IMG/VR virus record: IMGVR_UViG_3300028920_000086
Span: 1-52,753 of that record
Length of the DNA: 52,753 nt
Reading direction: 5' to 3' (one strand)
Origin: a virus
Lineage: Duplodnaviria > Caudoviricetes
This document shows positions 1-8,755 of the stretch, one piece after another. Every line of letters begins with the position of its first letter. The stretch's first letter is position 1. The notes beneath the pieces are model-generated. The model was given only the letters and a program-made list of their open reading frames with translations, was not told the origin of the DNA and made no database searches. Both the position numbers and the translations under genes were made by a program.

Positions 1-39
1 CCATTTTTCTATTTTTTTTATTTCATCATTATTTAACAT
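1..39 (-). CDS. 5' end of a gene running off the window (MLNNDEIKKIEKW...)
   Basis: ATG at 39, AAGGAG SD upstream, promoter at 71-99. Confidence 0.6.
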   Translation of the reverse strand, partial: MLNNDEIKKIEKW

Positions 40-70
40 TTATATAATCTCCTTAAAAATATTTATTTTT

Positions 71-99
71 ATTTTATAATATTTTAAATAATTTGTCAA
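71..99 (-). promoter_or_regulatory. sigmaA-type promoter
   Basis: TTGACA-17 nt-TAAAAT. Confidence 0.7.
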
Positions 100-441
100 C
101 TATAAACTTAAAATAATTTCATTAGCTATTTTAATATAATCTAAAGTAATATCTTTATTTTTTTTAAGTATTTTTTTTATTTTAGCTATATATTTGCTTT
201 GAATTTGTTGAATTTTCTTTTGAATTTGTTCTAAATTTTTATGTAAAAATTTTATATCATATTTTTTCCAAATTACGCCTTCTACTTCGTAGCTGTTCCT
301 TTTAAGTTTCTTTTCTTTTAAATATAATGTATTATCATCTTGTGTAAAAAATGCAAATGGAATACATCTTAAATTATTCGGCTTGCCCTTGTACATTAGT
401 ACATCTCCTCTGTTGGCTTTTTTTCTGTTTGCTCTTGTCAT
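100..441 (-). CDS. hypothetical protein
   Basis: 113 aa ORF, AAGGAG SD. Confidence 0.7.
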   Translation of the reverse strand: MTRANRKKANRGDVLMYKGKPNNLRCIPFAFFTQDDNTLYLKEKKLKRNSYEVEGVIWKKYDIKFLHKNLEQIQKKIQQIQSKYIAKIKKILKKNKDITLDYIKIANEIILSL

Positions 442-468
442 ATGGTTTATTAACTCCTTTTATTTTTT

Positions 469-1107
469 TTATTTTAAATTAAATATTTTTTTTACTTTTG
501 GTTGTAAATAATTTTTATTTTCTCTAATACAGTTTATTAAATAATATAAATCAAAATCTTTACTTTCATTTAATGGATTATATAAAGATTCTTTTTTAAT
601 TATTTCTAATAATTTTTTAGATTTTTCTTTAGATAGATTTTTTAATTCTTTTTCCGATTCTATATTTATGTAACTCTTTATTTCTCCCTCAGCAGAAATT
701 CTCCAAAATTCATCTTTAAAAATAAGTAATGATTCTAAATCACCGTCAACATGCATTCTATTTTTATTATAAGAAGCATATATAATTAATGCTCTAACAT
801 TGTTTTTTATTTGTATTTCACATTCTGTATACAAACACTGAGTATATAAACTACCTTTAATAAAAATATTACAATTTATACATTCAAATAATGTTTTTAT
901 ATATAAATCACCATTTAATCGAAGACATAGGTTTCGTCCATAAATTAATAAATTTCCATGAACAATTAAATCTCCCTTAATAATAACAACACGAGCATCA
1001 TCTTTTATTATTAAATCGCCATAAATTACTAAATTTCCGTTAAAATTAATATTACCTTTATTGAGTATTAAATTATTATAATATTTAGTTTCTGTAATAT
1101 ATCCCAT
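469..1107 (-). CDS. beta-helix (bactofilin/polymer-forming-like) repeat protein
   Basis: repeated GNL/GDL-x-I hexapeptides; start moved to ATG 1107 (GGAG SD). Confidence 0.55.
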   Translation of the reverse strand: MGYITETKYYNNLILNKGNINFNGNLVIYGDLIIKDDARVVIIKGDLIVHGNLLIYGRNLCLRLNGDLYIKTLFECINCNIFIKGSLYTQCLYTECEIQIKNNVRALIIYASYNKNRMHVDGDLESLLIFKDEFWRISAEGEIKSYINIESEKELKNLSKEKSKKLLEIIKKESLYNPLNESKDFDLYYLINCIRENKNYLQPKVKKIFNLK

Positions 1108-1111
1108 AGTT

Positions 1112-1621
1112 TTACTCCGATTTTTTAAATTCAATTATTTTTAATTTTTCATTAAAAGACCTTGATAAGGCTTCTTGTTTATTTAAAGTATAATCTATGG
1201 GTTTATTTTTTAATAATCCTCCCATTAAACCATATATAATGGGTTTACCCCATATAATATTGGGAGTAATTTCTTTAAATTGACCATGGTTAAATGTCCA
1301 TCTACCTAATTGATTATTGTGATCAATAAATTCAATATAACTATCATTTTCTACAAATGGAGCTATACAATTAAATAATAAATATTCATATTGAAGTATT
1401 TGATTTTTTTTATATGCGTCTAATAACATAATATTATTATCTCGATCACGTCTTACGAACCAACCAAAAAAATTAAAAAGAATATTAATATGATAACTAT
1501 AAGGCTCTTTAGTCATCTTTTTTTCTTCAATTATATGAACCAATTCTCTAATAAGAGGACTATGAAACTTATTATCAATAAAAAAATTTTGTTTTAAAAT
1601 AGTAAAACTTTTTATATCCAC
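1112..1621 (-). CDS. hypothetical protein
   Basis: 169 aa ORF, AGGAGG SD. Confidence 0.75.
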   Translation of the reverse strand: MDIKSFTILKQNFFIDNKFHSPLIRELVHIIEEKKMTKEPYSYHINILFNFFGWFVRRDRDNNIMLLDAYKKNQILQYEYLLFNCIAPFVENDSYIEFIDHNNQLGRWTFNHGQFKEITPNIIWGKPIIYGLMGGLLKNKPIDYTLNKQEALSRSFNEKLKIIEFKKSE

Positions 1622-1632
1622 AAAACAACCTC

Positions 1633-1905
1633 CTATAAAAATTTAATTAAATATATATTATTTCCAATATATCTTATAATCATTTGTTTATTTAAAGTAT
1701 TTATAATACCAATATTTCTACAATGATTTTTAAATTTATTTTGATTAATATTCGTTTCTTTATTTTCATATGATGATATAACAATTCCTTCATCATTATA
1801 AATTTTTATCATGGAATCTTCAAATTTTATCATAATAATAATATCTGGTATGTTAATATAATTATACATATGACAAACTGCACATTGATATCGAATTTTT
1901 ATCAC
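1633..1905 (-). CDS. hypothetical protein with CxxC, coupled to Phd-like gene
   Basis: 90 aa; GTG start overlaps upstream stop by 4 nt. Confidence 0.6.
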   Translation of the reverse strand: MIKIRYQCAVCHMYNYINIPDIIIMIKFEDSMIKIYNDEGIVISSYENKETNINQNKFKNHCRNIGIINTLNKQMIIRYIGNNIYLIKFL

Positions 1906-2120
1906 TCCTTTTTTTTAAAAATTTTTTCATAATAATCTAAATTCATTAAAACTAAATCTGGTTTATTATTTTCAATAATAATTATATAATCATATTTTTT
2001 TAATAAATTCAATGATTTATTAAAATTTTTTTCCAAATCTTGTCGAAAAATTATCGATTCTTGAGGTATTTTATATTTTTCTGCTGTTGTTTTTTTAATA
2101 TTTTTAATATTATTTGTCAT
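1902..2120 (-). CDS. Phd/YefM-family antitoxin-like protein
   Basis: DLEKNFNKSL...IIIIENNKPDLVLMNLDYYE resembles Phd_YefM N-terminal DNA-binding domain. Confidence 0.6.
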   Translation of the reverse strand: MTNNIKNIKKTTAEKYKIPQESIIFRQDLEKNFNKSLNLLKKYDYIIIIENNKPDLVLMNLDYYEKIFKKKE

Positions 2121-2139
2121 ATTTTCTTCCTCTTTTTTA

Positions 2140-2169
2140 TTAATTATAAATTTATAAATTTATAATTAA
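2140..2169. promoter_or_regulatory. perfect 30-bp palindrome, candidate operator
   Basis: TTAATTATAAATTTATAAATTTATAATTAA between extended -10 at 2190-2198 and the Phd-like start. Confidence 0.45.
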
Positions 2170-2189
2170 ATTATTTTTTATTTAAATTT

Positions 2190-2202
2190 ATTATATCATA
2201 TT
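2190..2202 (-). promoter_or_regulatory. extended -10 promoter element
   Basis: AATATGATATAAT, same motif as at 5316, 12371 and 41848. Confidence 0.5.
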
Positions 2203-2205
2203 TTC

Positions 2206-2463
2206 TTATTTATTTAAATAAAAACTCTTAATTATTTCTATACATTCTTCAACTGTTTTATCTTTAATATTAAAACGCGCATAACGATTATTTGATATAT
2301 AATGATAACCCATTTTTACTAGCCCATCCGTGATAGTACCAAGTCTCCAATCTATAGAAATTTTAGTGTAAACACCAAATTTTTTAGTATTTATATTGGT
2401 TATCCATACTTTTAGTTTTTTATGATATGTTAAACAAATACTATTTATCAATAAATTCCCCAC
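2206..2463 (-). CDS. hypothetical protein
   Basis: 85 aa ORF. Confidence 0.6.
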   Translation of the reverse strand: MGNLLINSICLTYHKKLKVWITNINTKKFGVYTKISIDWRLGTITDGLVKMGYHYISNNRYARFNIKDKTVEECIEIIKSFYLNK

Positions 2464-2471
2464 CTCTTATT

Positions 2472-3434
2472 TTAAATTACTATTAATTCAGTAAGTCCAA
2501 AATTAAAATGATTTCCTGTAGAATCCTCCACTGTTGCCCCTATAACATTATTAAAAAAATCATTTAAAAATACTCTTAACTTAAATGTTACTTTACTTTT
2601 TTTATCTTGCACACTTGCCCCTACATAAAAATAATTATTATTAGAATCTTGTAATCCTTTTATTTTTCCTCCTACTAACATATATTCTATATTTTTATAT
2701 AAATTTCCCATTATATCAACAAAGCAGTCTTTTGGAGTAGTTGAAAGATAAGATACTCGTAGCTGTTGATTAGAGTATATATTTTTAACTATATCATCAT
2801 AATAATATAAATAAGTTTCTAATGATAATTCACTAGACTTAACGGTTCTTATATTTCTTTTTCTCACGGTGTTTGTGCCATAATTTATATTTCTTAAATC
2901 TGCATAATTTTGTATTCTTATACAATTTTCATCAATAATATGAACTATTACATAAAGATTTCCATGAAAATCTACTAATGCTCCCATATATAATTGTTTA
3001 TTATTTTTATCTAATATAGGTTGATCTAAATGAGTATCAGTAATATTTTCTATAAAAGGATAAGTAAGTTTTATACCACAATATAAATCTTCCGATTTAT
3101 CAGAATTAACTCTAATAACTTTGAATCCTCTACCATATCTTTTGCTTTCTACAATATCTCCACTATCTATGATTGAAAAATTATTAGTAGCAGATTTTTC
3201 TTCAGTCTTTTCCTCTTTATTAATATTTTTTTTGGGTTGAATTATATTAATAATATTTTCAACAGAATTTTGAAAATTAATATCTAAATTTTCTATATTA
3301 AATTTATTCTTTAATGTATTGACAAAAGTATTTAAAACATCGATATCTTCACCAATAATTGTATTTTTTAATATTGTTGTTTCTACAATATTTTCATCCA
3401 TTAATTCATTTTTAATAAATTTTAAAATATCCAT
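2472..3434 (-). CDS. protein with N-terminal ACP-like domain and YopX/SH3-like repeats
   Basis: N-terminus aligns with the 3455-3742 product; LDKNNKQLYMGALV and GLQDSNNNYFYVGASV resemble the YopX motif. Confidence 0.5.
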   Translation of the reverse strand: MDILKFIKNELMDENIVETTILKNTIIGEDIDVLNTFVNTLKNKFNIENLDINFQNSVENIINIIQPKKNINKEEKTEEKSATNNFSIIDSGDIVESKRYGRGFKVIRVNSDKSEDLYCGIKLTYPFIENITDTHLDQPILDKNNKQLYMGALVDFHGNLYVIVHIIDENCIRIQNYADLRNINYGTNTVRKRNIRTVKSSELSLETYLYYYDDIVKNIYSNQQLRVSYLSTTPKDCFVDIMGNLYKNIEYMLVGGKIKGLQDSNNNYFYVGASVQDKKSKVTFKLRVFLNDFFNNVIGATVEDSTGNHFNFGLTELIVI

Positions 3435-3454
3435 AAAAATTACTCCCTAATTAT

Positions 3455-3742
3455 TTAATCATTTTTCTTGATTATACCTGAAGTATTAACTTTATATATC
3501 TGACCATTTATTTTAAATATTAATGGATGGTCTGTGACTTCTTCATCAATAATATCATTTAAAATTTTTTCTACAGTATCATTAAATCCAAATTTAGCAT
3601 CAATATTAAAAGTTTTATTAATAAAATGTTGAAAGGCTTTCATACTATCTTGATTATAACCTATGCAGGTTTCATATAATTTTGTATCTTTTGTTATGGT
3701 TTGATCCATTAATTCTCTTCTTATTTTTTCTAAATTTGTCAT
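3455..3742 (-). CDS. acyl-carrier-protein-like small protein
   Basis: ITKDTKL..IG....F..FI.KTFNI....TVEKIL ACP-like pattern. Confidence 0.45.
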   Translation of the reverse strand: MTNLEKIRRELMDQTITKDTKLYETCIGYNQDSMKAFQHFINKTFNIDAKFGFNDTVEKILNDIIDEEVTDHPLIFKINGQIYKVNTSGIIKKND

Positions 3743-3758
3743 TTATTTAATTACCTTT

Positions 3759-3962
3759 CTAGACTTTATATAAACAATTATCTTTTTGATGATAAAGTTG
3801 TCCATCATCATTTATCATAGAAGTTAATTTTAAAATTCCAATTTTATTTAGACAATTTAAATTACATACGCCAACTTTTTTAAATATTTTAAATTTTATA
3901 TTTATTAACCCTAAATCTTCTTTTGTTAACTGTTCATTTATTGTAGTATCTATATCTCTCAT
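3759..3962 (-). CDS. hypothetical protein
   Basis: 67 aa ORF, AAGGAG SD. Confidence 0.65.
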   Translation of the reverse strand: MRDIDTTINEQLTKEDLGLINIKFKIFKKVGVCNLNCLNKIGILKLTSMINDDGQLYHQKDNCLYKV

Positions 3963-3976
3963 TGAATATATTCTCC

Positions 3977-4459
3977 TTAAATATAACTTATTTTAACTCC
4001 ATATTGATTACTTGAAGCCAACTTAACTCCTAATACTGAATCATATTTTTCTTCTGAATCTGGTAAATATCTTCCGAATTTAATATATATATTTTCATAT
4101 AATGCTAATTGATCAATCCAGTATCTGATTTCATTATAATAGAATCCTGTATAAATTACAATATCATCTTTTGTTTTTTGTCTAAATTGTATAACTAAAT
4201 CTTTAATTACTAAAAAACTATCTTCATCATAAAATGGTTCTAATCCACCCATAACAATAGCCTCTGTAATTTTATTTTTTATATATTTTTTTATAAGTTT
4301 TTCTATACTTATTTTTATTATAGGTAATTTTATCATTTCTTTATTTTGACAATTTTTACATTTAAATGTACAATTAGGAAATGCTAAATATAAATGTGTT
4401 TTTTTATAATCTTGAATACTTTCATATGTAATTCCTCTTAGTTTTAAATATTGAGTCAT
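3977..4459 (-). CDS. nrdG: anaerobic ribonucleotide reductase activase
   Basis: CTFKCKNC radical SAM motif, GGLEPF, IYTG, SSNQ; near nrdD. Confidence 0.9.
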   Translation of the reverse strand: MTQYLKLRGITYESIQDYKKTHLYLAFPNCTFKCKNCQNKEMIKLPIIKISIEKLIKKYIKNKITEAIVMGGLEPFYDEDSFLVIKDLVIQFRQKTKDDIVIYTGFYYNEIRYWIDQLALYENIYIKFGRYLPDSEEKYDSVLGVKLASSNQYGVKISYI

Positions 4460-4863
4460 TTAAAAATTAATTCTCCTTCTTTTTCTAATAGTTCTCTATT
4501 AATGTAATATTTTTCTTTTATTTTCGTATTTAAAAAATAAAAATTTTTATTATTTTTCCATTTTTCAGTAATTATTTTTCGATAACTCGGTTTCTCTGTT
4601 ATTTCAAAATGTTTAATATAAATATTTTTATTAATAATTATTTTACCATTATCTAAAATATCTACTATAATGTTTTCTTTTTTAGTAATTATTTCATCAG
4701 GTGTTGATAGAAAATATATTGAAGCAGATAAAAATATAATAAATAAAATACCACATAAAATAGAAATAATCATAGTTTTTATAAAACTATCTGTCGATTC
4801 AATCCAAATCAATAGTCCACCTGTAATTGATAGAAGTATTATTCCCAAAGCAACTATATACAT
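4456..4863 (-). CDS. two-TM membrane protein, paralog of 4908-5294
   Basis: two hydrophobic segments; C-terminal KYYIN shared with neighbour. Confidence 0.7.
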   Translation of the reverse strand: MYIVALGIILLSITGGLLIWIESTDSFIKTMIISILCGILFIIFLSASIYFLSTPDEIITKKENIIVDILDNGKIIINKNIYIKHFEITEKPSYRKIITEKWKNNKNFYFLNTKIKEKYYINRELLEKEGELIFK

Positions 4864-4907
4864 ATATTATTTCACTCTTTCAAATTTTTTTTTGATAATT
4901 TTTTTGT

Positions 4908-5294
4908 TCATTTTAAATCCTTTAAATTAATATAATATTTTATTATTGTTTCTTCTGATAAAAAATCATAAACAAAAAAATTATCCCATTTTTTAAAAAT
5001 TTTCATCTTATATGATGATTTTTTATCTGTTAAAAAATAATCATCTTGTTCTAAAATTTTATCGTTATTTATTAATATTTTATAATTACCTAGAGACTGA
5101 ACCTGTATATTAACTGTTTCTGTTTTAATGTTGGGCGTATCATATAGTATAATCATGGCATTTATAATCATAGATATAGAAAATACTAAAATTATCGTTA
5201 TTATGCCACAAAAAATACTTTTTGTAATGTCATTATTATTCTTATAAAAACAAAAACCCACAATTATTCCTATTATAATAATTATTGTAAACAT
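4908..5294 (-). CDS. two-TM membrane protein, paralog of 4456-4863
   Basis: two hydrophobic segments; KI(L/I)IN, T(D/E)K.S and KYYIN motifs shared. Confidence 0.7.
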   Translation of the reverse strand: MFTIIIIIGIIVGFCFYKNNNDITKSIFCGIITIILVFSISMIINAMIILYDTPNIKTETVNIQVQSLGNYKILINNDKILEQDDYFLTDKKSSYKMKIFKKWDNFFVYDFLSEETIIKYYINLKDLK

Positions 5295-5315
5295 TTTATT
5301 CTCCTTTTTATTTTA

Positions 5316-5344
5316 ATTATATCATATTATTTTAAAAAATACAA
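5316..5344 (-). promoter_or_regulatory. sigmaA-type promoter, TTGTAT class
   Basis: TTGTAT-17 nt-TATAAT with TG extension. Confidence 0.7.
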
Positions 5345-5376
5345 TAAAAAAAGAGTAATAAATACTCTTTTTTTAT
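5344..5376. terminator. bidirectional intrinsic terminator after nrdD
   Basis: A7-GAGTA-ataaa-TACTC-T7. Confidence 0.75.
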
Positions 5377-5416
5377 ACGAACTAAAGACATGTACAACTA
5401 TGACTAACTTAATAAT

Positions 5417-5445
5417 ATATTAACATATTTTTTTAGCTGTGTCAA
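5417..5445 (-). promoter_or_regulatory. sigmaA-type promoter just after the nrdD stop
   Basis: TTGACA-17 nt-TAATAT with TG extension. Confidence 0.55.
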
Positions 5446-5447
5446 TA

Positions 5448-8400
5448 TTAATTATCATTTAAATTAAACCATTTTCTATTATCAAATTCTTTTTTTCTTT
5501 CTTTTGAATATGCCTGTCTTGGCACTAAATATCCTATGATTCTCGAAACTTCGTCAGTTTTTTTGCCTCCACACATTGGACAAATATCACCATGAAAGCC
5601 ATGTTCATTTTTACAAACTGAAATTTTACCATTATAAGCAAAGTATATAACACCTGAGCCAGCTATTTGTTTCAATAGTTTCCATGATTGTTCTTCATTA
5701 TTAAATTGTCCTTCAATATTAAAATGTGAAATTTGTCCACCTCCACATTGTTTGTCAAGCATAGAACCTAATCTTATTTTTTCTTCCATTGTACATTTTT
5801 CTATTAATGGAATCCATTGATTTGAATATACATAATCTTTTGTTTTAGGATTATTAATTATATTATCTTTTTGAGCAAGGGCTACATTAGCTTTTTCTGC
5901 AGGAATACACTCTACATTTAAACTATACTCTACTTTTGATGCATATTCATCTTTTAATGTATTAATAGTTTCCAGAATTTTAGAAGCAAACTCTATTCCT
6001 TTTTTAGAATACGATTTATATCCAATTTCGTCAGTTTTTATATACCCAAAATCTCTAATAGTTTCATACATTGCAGTAATACCTATAGTATTAAATTGTT
6101 TATTTAAATCAATTAATTTATAAGAATAATTAGGCAAAAGTCCTTTTTCTATATTTCTTTTAATTATAATTCTTATAACATGTAAAACATCCATACAAAG
6201 TTTTATTTTTTCTTTAAGTATTTCTATATATTTATCTTCATCTTGTGTTTCTAAAGCTATTTTTCGTAAATTAATAGTATTAACTTGTACAGAACCAACA
6301 GATAAAGAAGTCCCCCCAATTGAATTAATAAAAGGCTGTAATTTTGATGTATCAGATAATAATCTACAATTATGAGTATATAAACCATTTTTTAAAACAA
6401 AATAAGGATTACATTGATTATACATTGTAAAACAGTACATATGAGCATCTGGTATTTTTGTTTTATTAACTGATATAATAGGTACTCTATAATAATCTTC
6501 TATTTTTTGAAATAATAAGATAGCATCTGTATATTTTTCATTTAATGTTTTTATATCAAATAATAATTGATGTGTTTTATTCAAATCTACTGTTTTAACT
6601 TCTTTAATTTCTTTAGTAGTTATATCATATACAGGATGAATATGATTTTCACTAACACAAATTTTTTTAAAAAATTGTGGTTCTATATTATACATTTGTA
6701 TTTTAGGAATTTTAATTATTTTAGCTAATTGATAAGAATCTTTTGCTTTTACCAAATAATCAAAATCATTATTTTTTAATGACTGATTATATAATTTTTT
6801 AAAAGTAGTATTTGTTGGTATTTGTTTATCATTTAAATAAGTTACACTAGTATTGCCACTAAAACAACAATTACTTAATGTGGTAACATCTTCACCATTA
6901 TAAAAATTACTATCTAACCATTGCATATTATGTTTATTACACCATTTTGCAAACTTTTCATCAATAAATTTACCATTTTGAAACAATAAAGCATAACTTA
7001 ATACGGGAAAGGTCATCATACTTTGTTTTCTCTCTTCTGCAACTACTTCCATAAAAATTTTTTGATGCTCAATAATTTGATCAACATGTTCTATAATATT
7101 ATCTCCATTAGGAAATTTTTTATCTCCAAATAATTCAACTATATAATTACTATCCATAATAGATATATTAGTAAAAGCACAGTTACCAGAAACAAATAAT
7201 TTACCATTTCTTCGAAATATAACCACTCCATCTTCTGTAGTAGGACACCAAACTTTTCCCTTATATTGTTTTATAATTGGTTTTGTTACTTCATAATCAT
7301 TATTTTCTATTTTAACAAACCATGTTGTTTTATAAATTTTATTATTCATGTGTAGTTTTTTCGTAATTAATTCACATGATTTCCCACTTAATAAAGCTAA
7401 CACTTGTATTTGGTCTGCTAATGCTCGATTTTTACATTCAACCTTAGTTTCTTGATTTAAAAAACTATTTAATAATATTTTTGCTTCTGTTTTAGATAAA
7501 TTTAAAAACCATTCAGGTAATATTTCAAAACTTCTTATTTGTTTTAATATATTTTGACTACATTTTTCTAATATATGAAACTCTATAATATTATATTCAA
7601 TTCTATATTCAATAAAATTATATTGTAATTCATGTAATATTTTTAAAGTATTAACATAATCTAAATATTTTCCTGAAATAATTAATTCATTATTTTCAAA
7701 CCGACCATATCTATAAACCATTCCCATAAATTTTAATAAATTGGTTGATATTTTACTTATTTTATTTCTATTTTTTGCTGTTACTGGTATTTTAATTACT
7801 GATTCATTTATTAATTCTTTAGAAAGTTTAATATTTTGTCCTGTATCAGCTTCTTCGTCTTGATATACTACTCTGTGATTTGGAGTAACTAATTGATGTC
7901 CATATTCATGTATTTCTCCATCATGATCTTTAATTGTTAAATATTGAATGTTTTGCCTATTTAAAACACCTTCTTTAACGGTATATACTTCTTCCCCCAT
8001 ATTTAATTGATCATATTTTTTAAATCCATTTGGTGTTAAAATTTCGGTATCTTCTGTAACACATTCCGTTATTCTTAAAAACGGTTGGTTTAAATCCCAA
8101 ATTACTTTTTGAAATGATTGTCTGCGATAATATTCAGGATCTTTTAAATAAAAACCTTTTTTTACATCATTATACCAAAAATAATATGAGTAAATTAAAT
8201 AATTTGATAAGCCAACAGCACCGCTAGACCTATTACTAGCCCAACTTACAAATTGTAAAATGTGATCATTATATGTGGTTAAATGTTTAGGTGGATTGGT
8301 TTTATTTTTATTAACAAAAAACAATCCTTTGTAAGCCACATCTTCAATATCATATGAAAAACAATAGGGAACGAAACTAGCGTTATAACTATTATGTAGA

Positions 8401-8741
8401 TATCCTCCACCCTTCCATTCTTCTATTAGCCATTGTTTTGCCCTTTCTAATCCAAATTTTTTAGTAATTTCATAAAATATTTTATTAAATGATAATAATT
8501 TTAAATGTGGTTTTCGCATATCTACTAATAATGTATTAATATCTTTAGCTGATGAATTGGCATTGGCATCTATACTAGCATCTCCCACGGTTTCTGTATC
8601 TATAAAATTATCAATAAAATCTGTATAATTTAAATTTTCTTCATGAAAACCATTAATTCTTGTTATTTTTTCAGGGTATTGATTCATTAATGAGTTTAAA
8701 CAAGCTACAAACGGTTTATATAATTTAAGATTGAGATTCAA
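5448..8741 (-). CDS. nrdD: class III anaerobic ribonucleotide reductase with two inteins (~637 aa after splicing)
   Basis: PYC, spliced SNCCRL, C-terminal CPMC Zn site and RIIGYL glycyl-radical loop. Confidence 0.93.
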   Translation of the reverse strand: MNLNLKLYKPFVACLNSLMNQYPEKITRINGFHEENLNYTDFIDNFIDTETVGDASIDANANSSAKDINTLLVDMRKPHLKLLSFNKIFYEITKKFGLERAKQWLIEEWKGGGYLHNSYNASFVPYCFSYDIEDVAYKGLFFVNKNKTNPPKHLTTYNDHILQFVSWASNRSSGAVGLSNYLIYSYYFWYNDVKKGFYLKDPEYYRRQSFQKVIWDLNQPFLRITECVTEDTEILTPNGFKKYDQLNMGEEVYTVKEGVLNRQNIQYLTIKDHDGEIHEYGHQLVTPNHRVVYQDEEADTGQNIKLSKELINESVIKIPVTAKNRNKISKISTNLLKFMGMVYRYGRFENNELIISGKYLDYVNTLKILHELQYNFIEYRIEYNIIEFHILEKCSQNILKQIRSFEILPEWFLNLSKTEAKILLNSFLNQETKVECKNRALADQIQVLALLSGKSCELITKKLHMNNKIYKTTWFVKIENNDYEVTKPIIKQYKGKVWCPTTEDGVVIFRRNGKLFVSGNCAFTNISIMDSNYIVELFGDKKFPNGDNIIEHVDQIIEHQKIFMEVVAEERKQSMMTFPVLSYALLFQNGKFIDEKFAKWCNKHNMQWLDSNFYNGEDVTTLSNCCFSGNTSVTYLNDKQIPTNTTFKKLYNQSLKNNDFDYLVKAKDSYQLAKIIKIPKIQMYNIEPQFFKKICVSENHIHPVYDITTKEIKEVKTVDLNKTHQLLFDIKTLNEKYTDAILLFQKIEDYYRVPIISVNKTKIPDAHMYCFTMYNQCNPYFVLKNGLYTHNCRLLSDTSKLQPFINSIGGTSLSVGSVQVNTINLRKIALETQDEDKYIEILKEKIKLCMDVLHVIRIIIKRNIEKGLLPNYSYKLIDLNKQFNTIGITAMYETIRDFGYIKTDEIGYKSYSKKGIEFASKILETINTLKDEYASKVEYSLNVECIPAEKANVALAQKDNIINNPKTKDYVYSNQWIPLIEKCTMEEKIRLGSMLDKQCGGGQISHFNIEGQFNNEEQSWKLLKQIAGSGVIYFAYNGKISVCKNEHGFHGDICPMCGGKKTDEVSRIIGYLVPRQAYSKERKKEFDNRKWFNLNDN
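6369..6866 (-). mobile_element. mini-intein 2 in NrdD (166 aa)
   Basis: C/CFSGNTSV ... CVSENH (block B) ... GLYTHN/C. Confidence 0.88.
7182..8063 (-). mobile_element. intein 1 in NrdD (294 aa) with degenerate LAGLIDADG-like region
   Basis: E/CVTEDTEILT ... VTPNH ... VWCPTT ... VSGN/C. Confidence 0.88.
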
Positions 8742-8755
8742 AAATTAGTCCTCCT

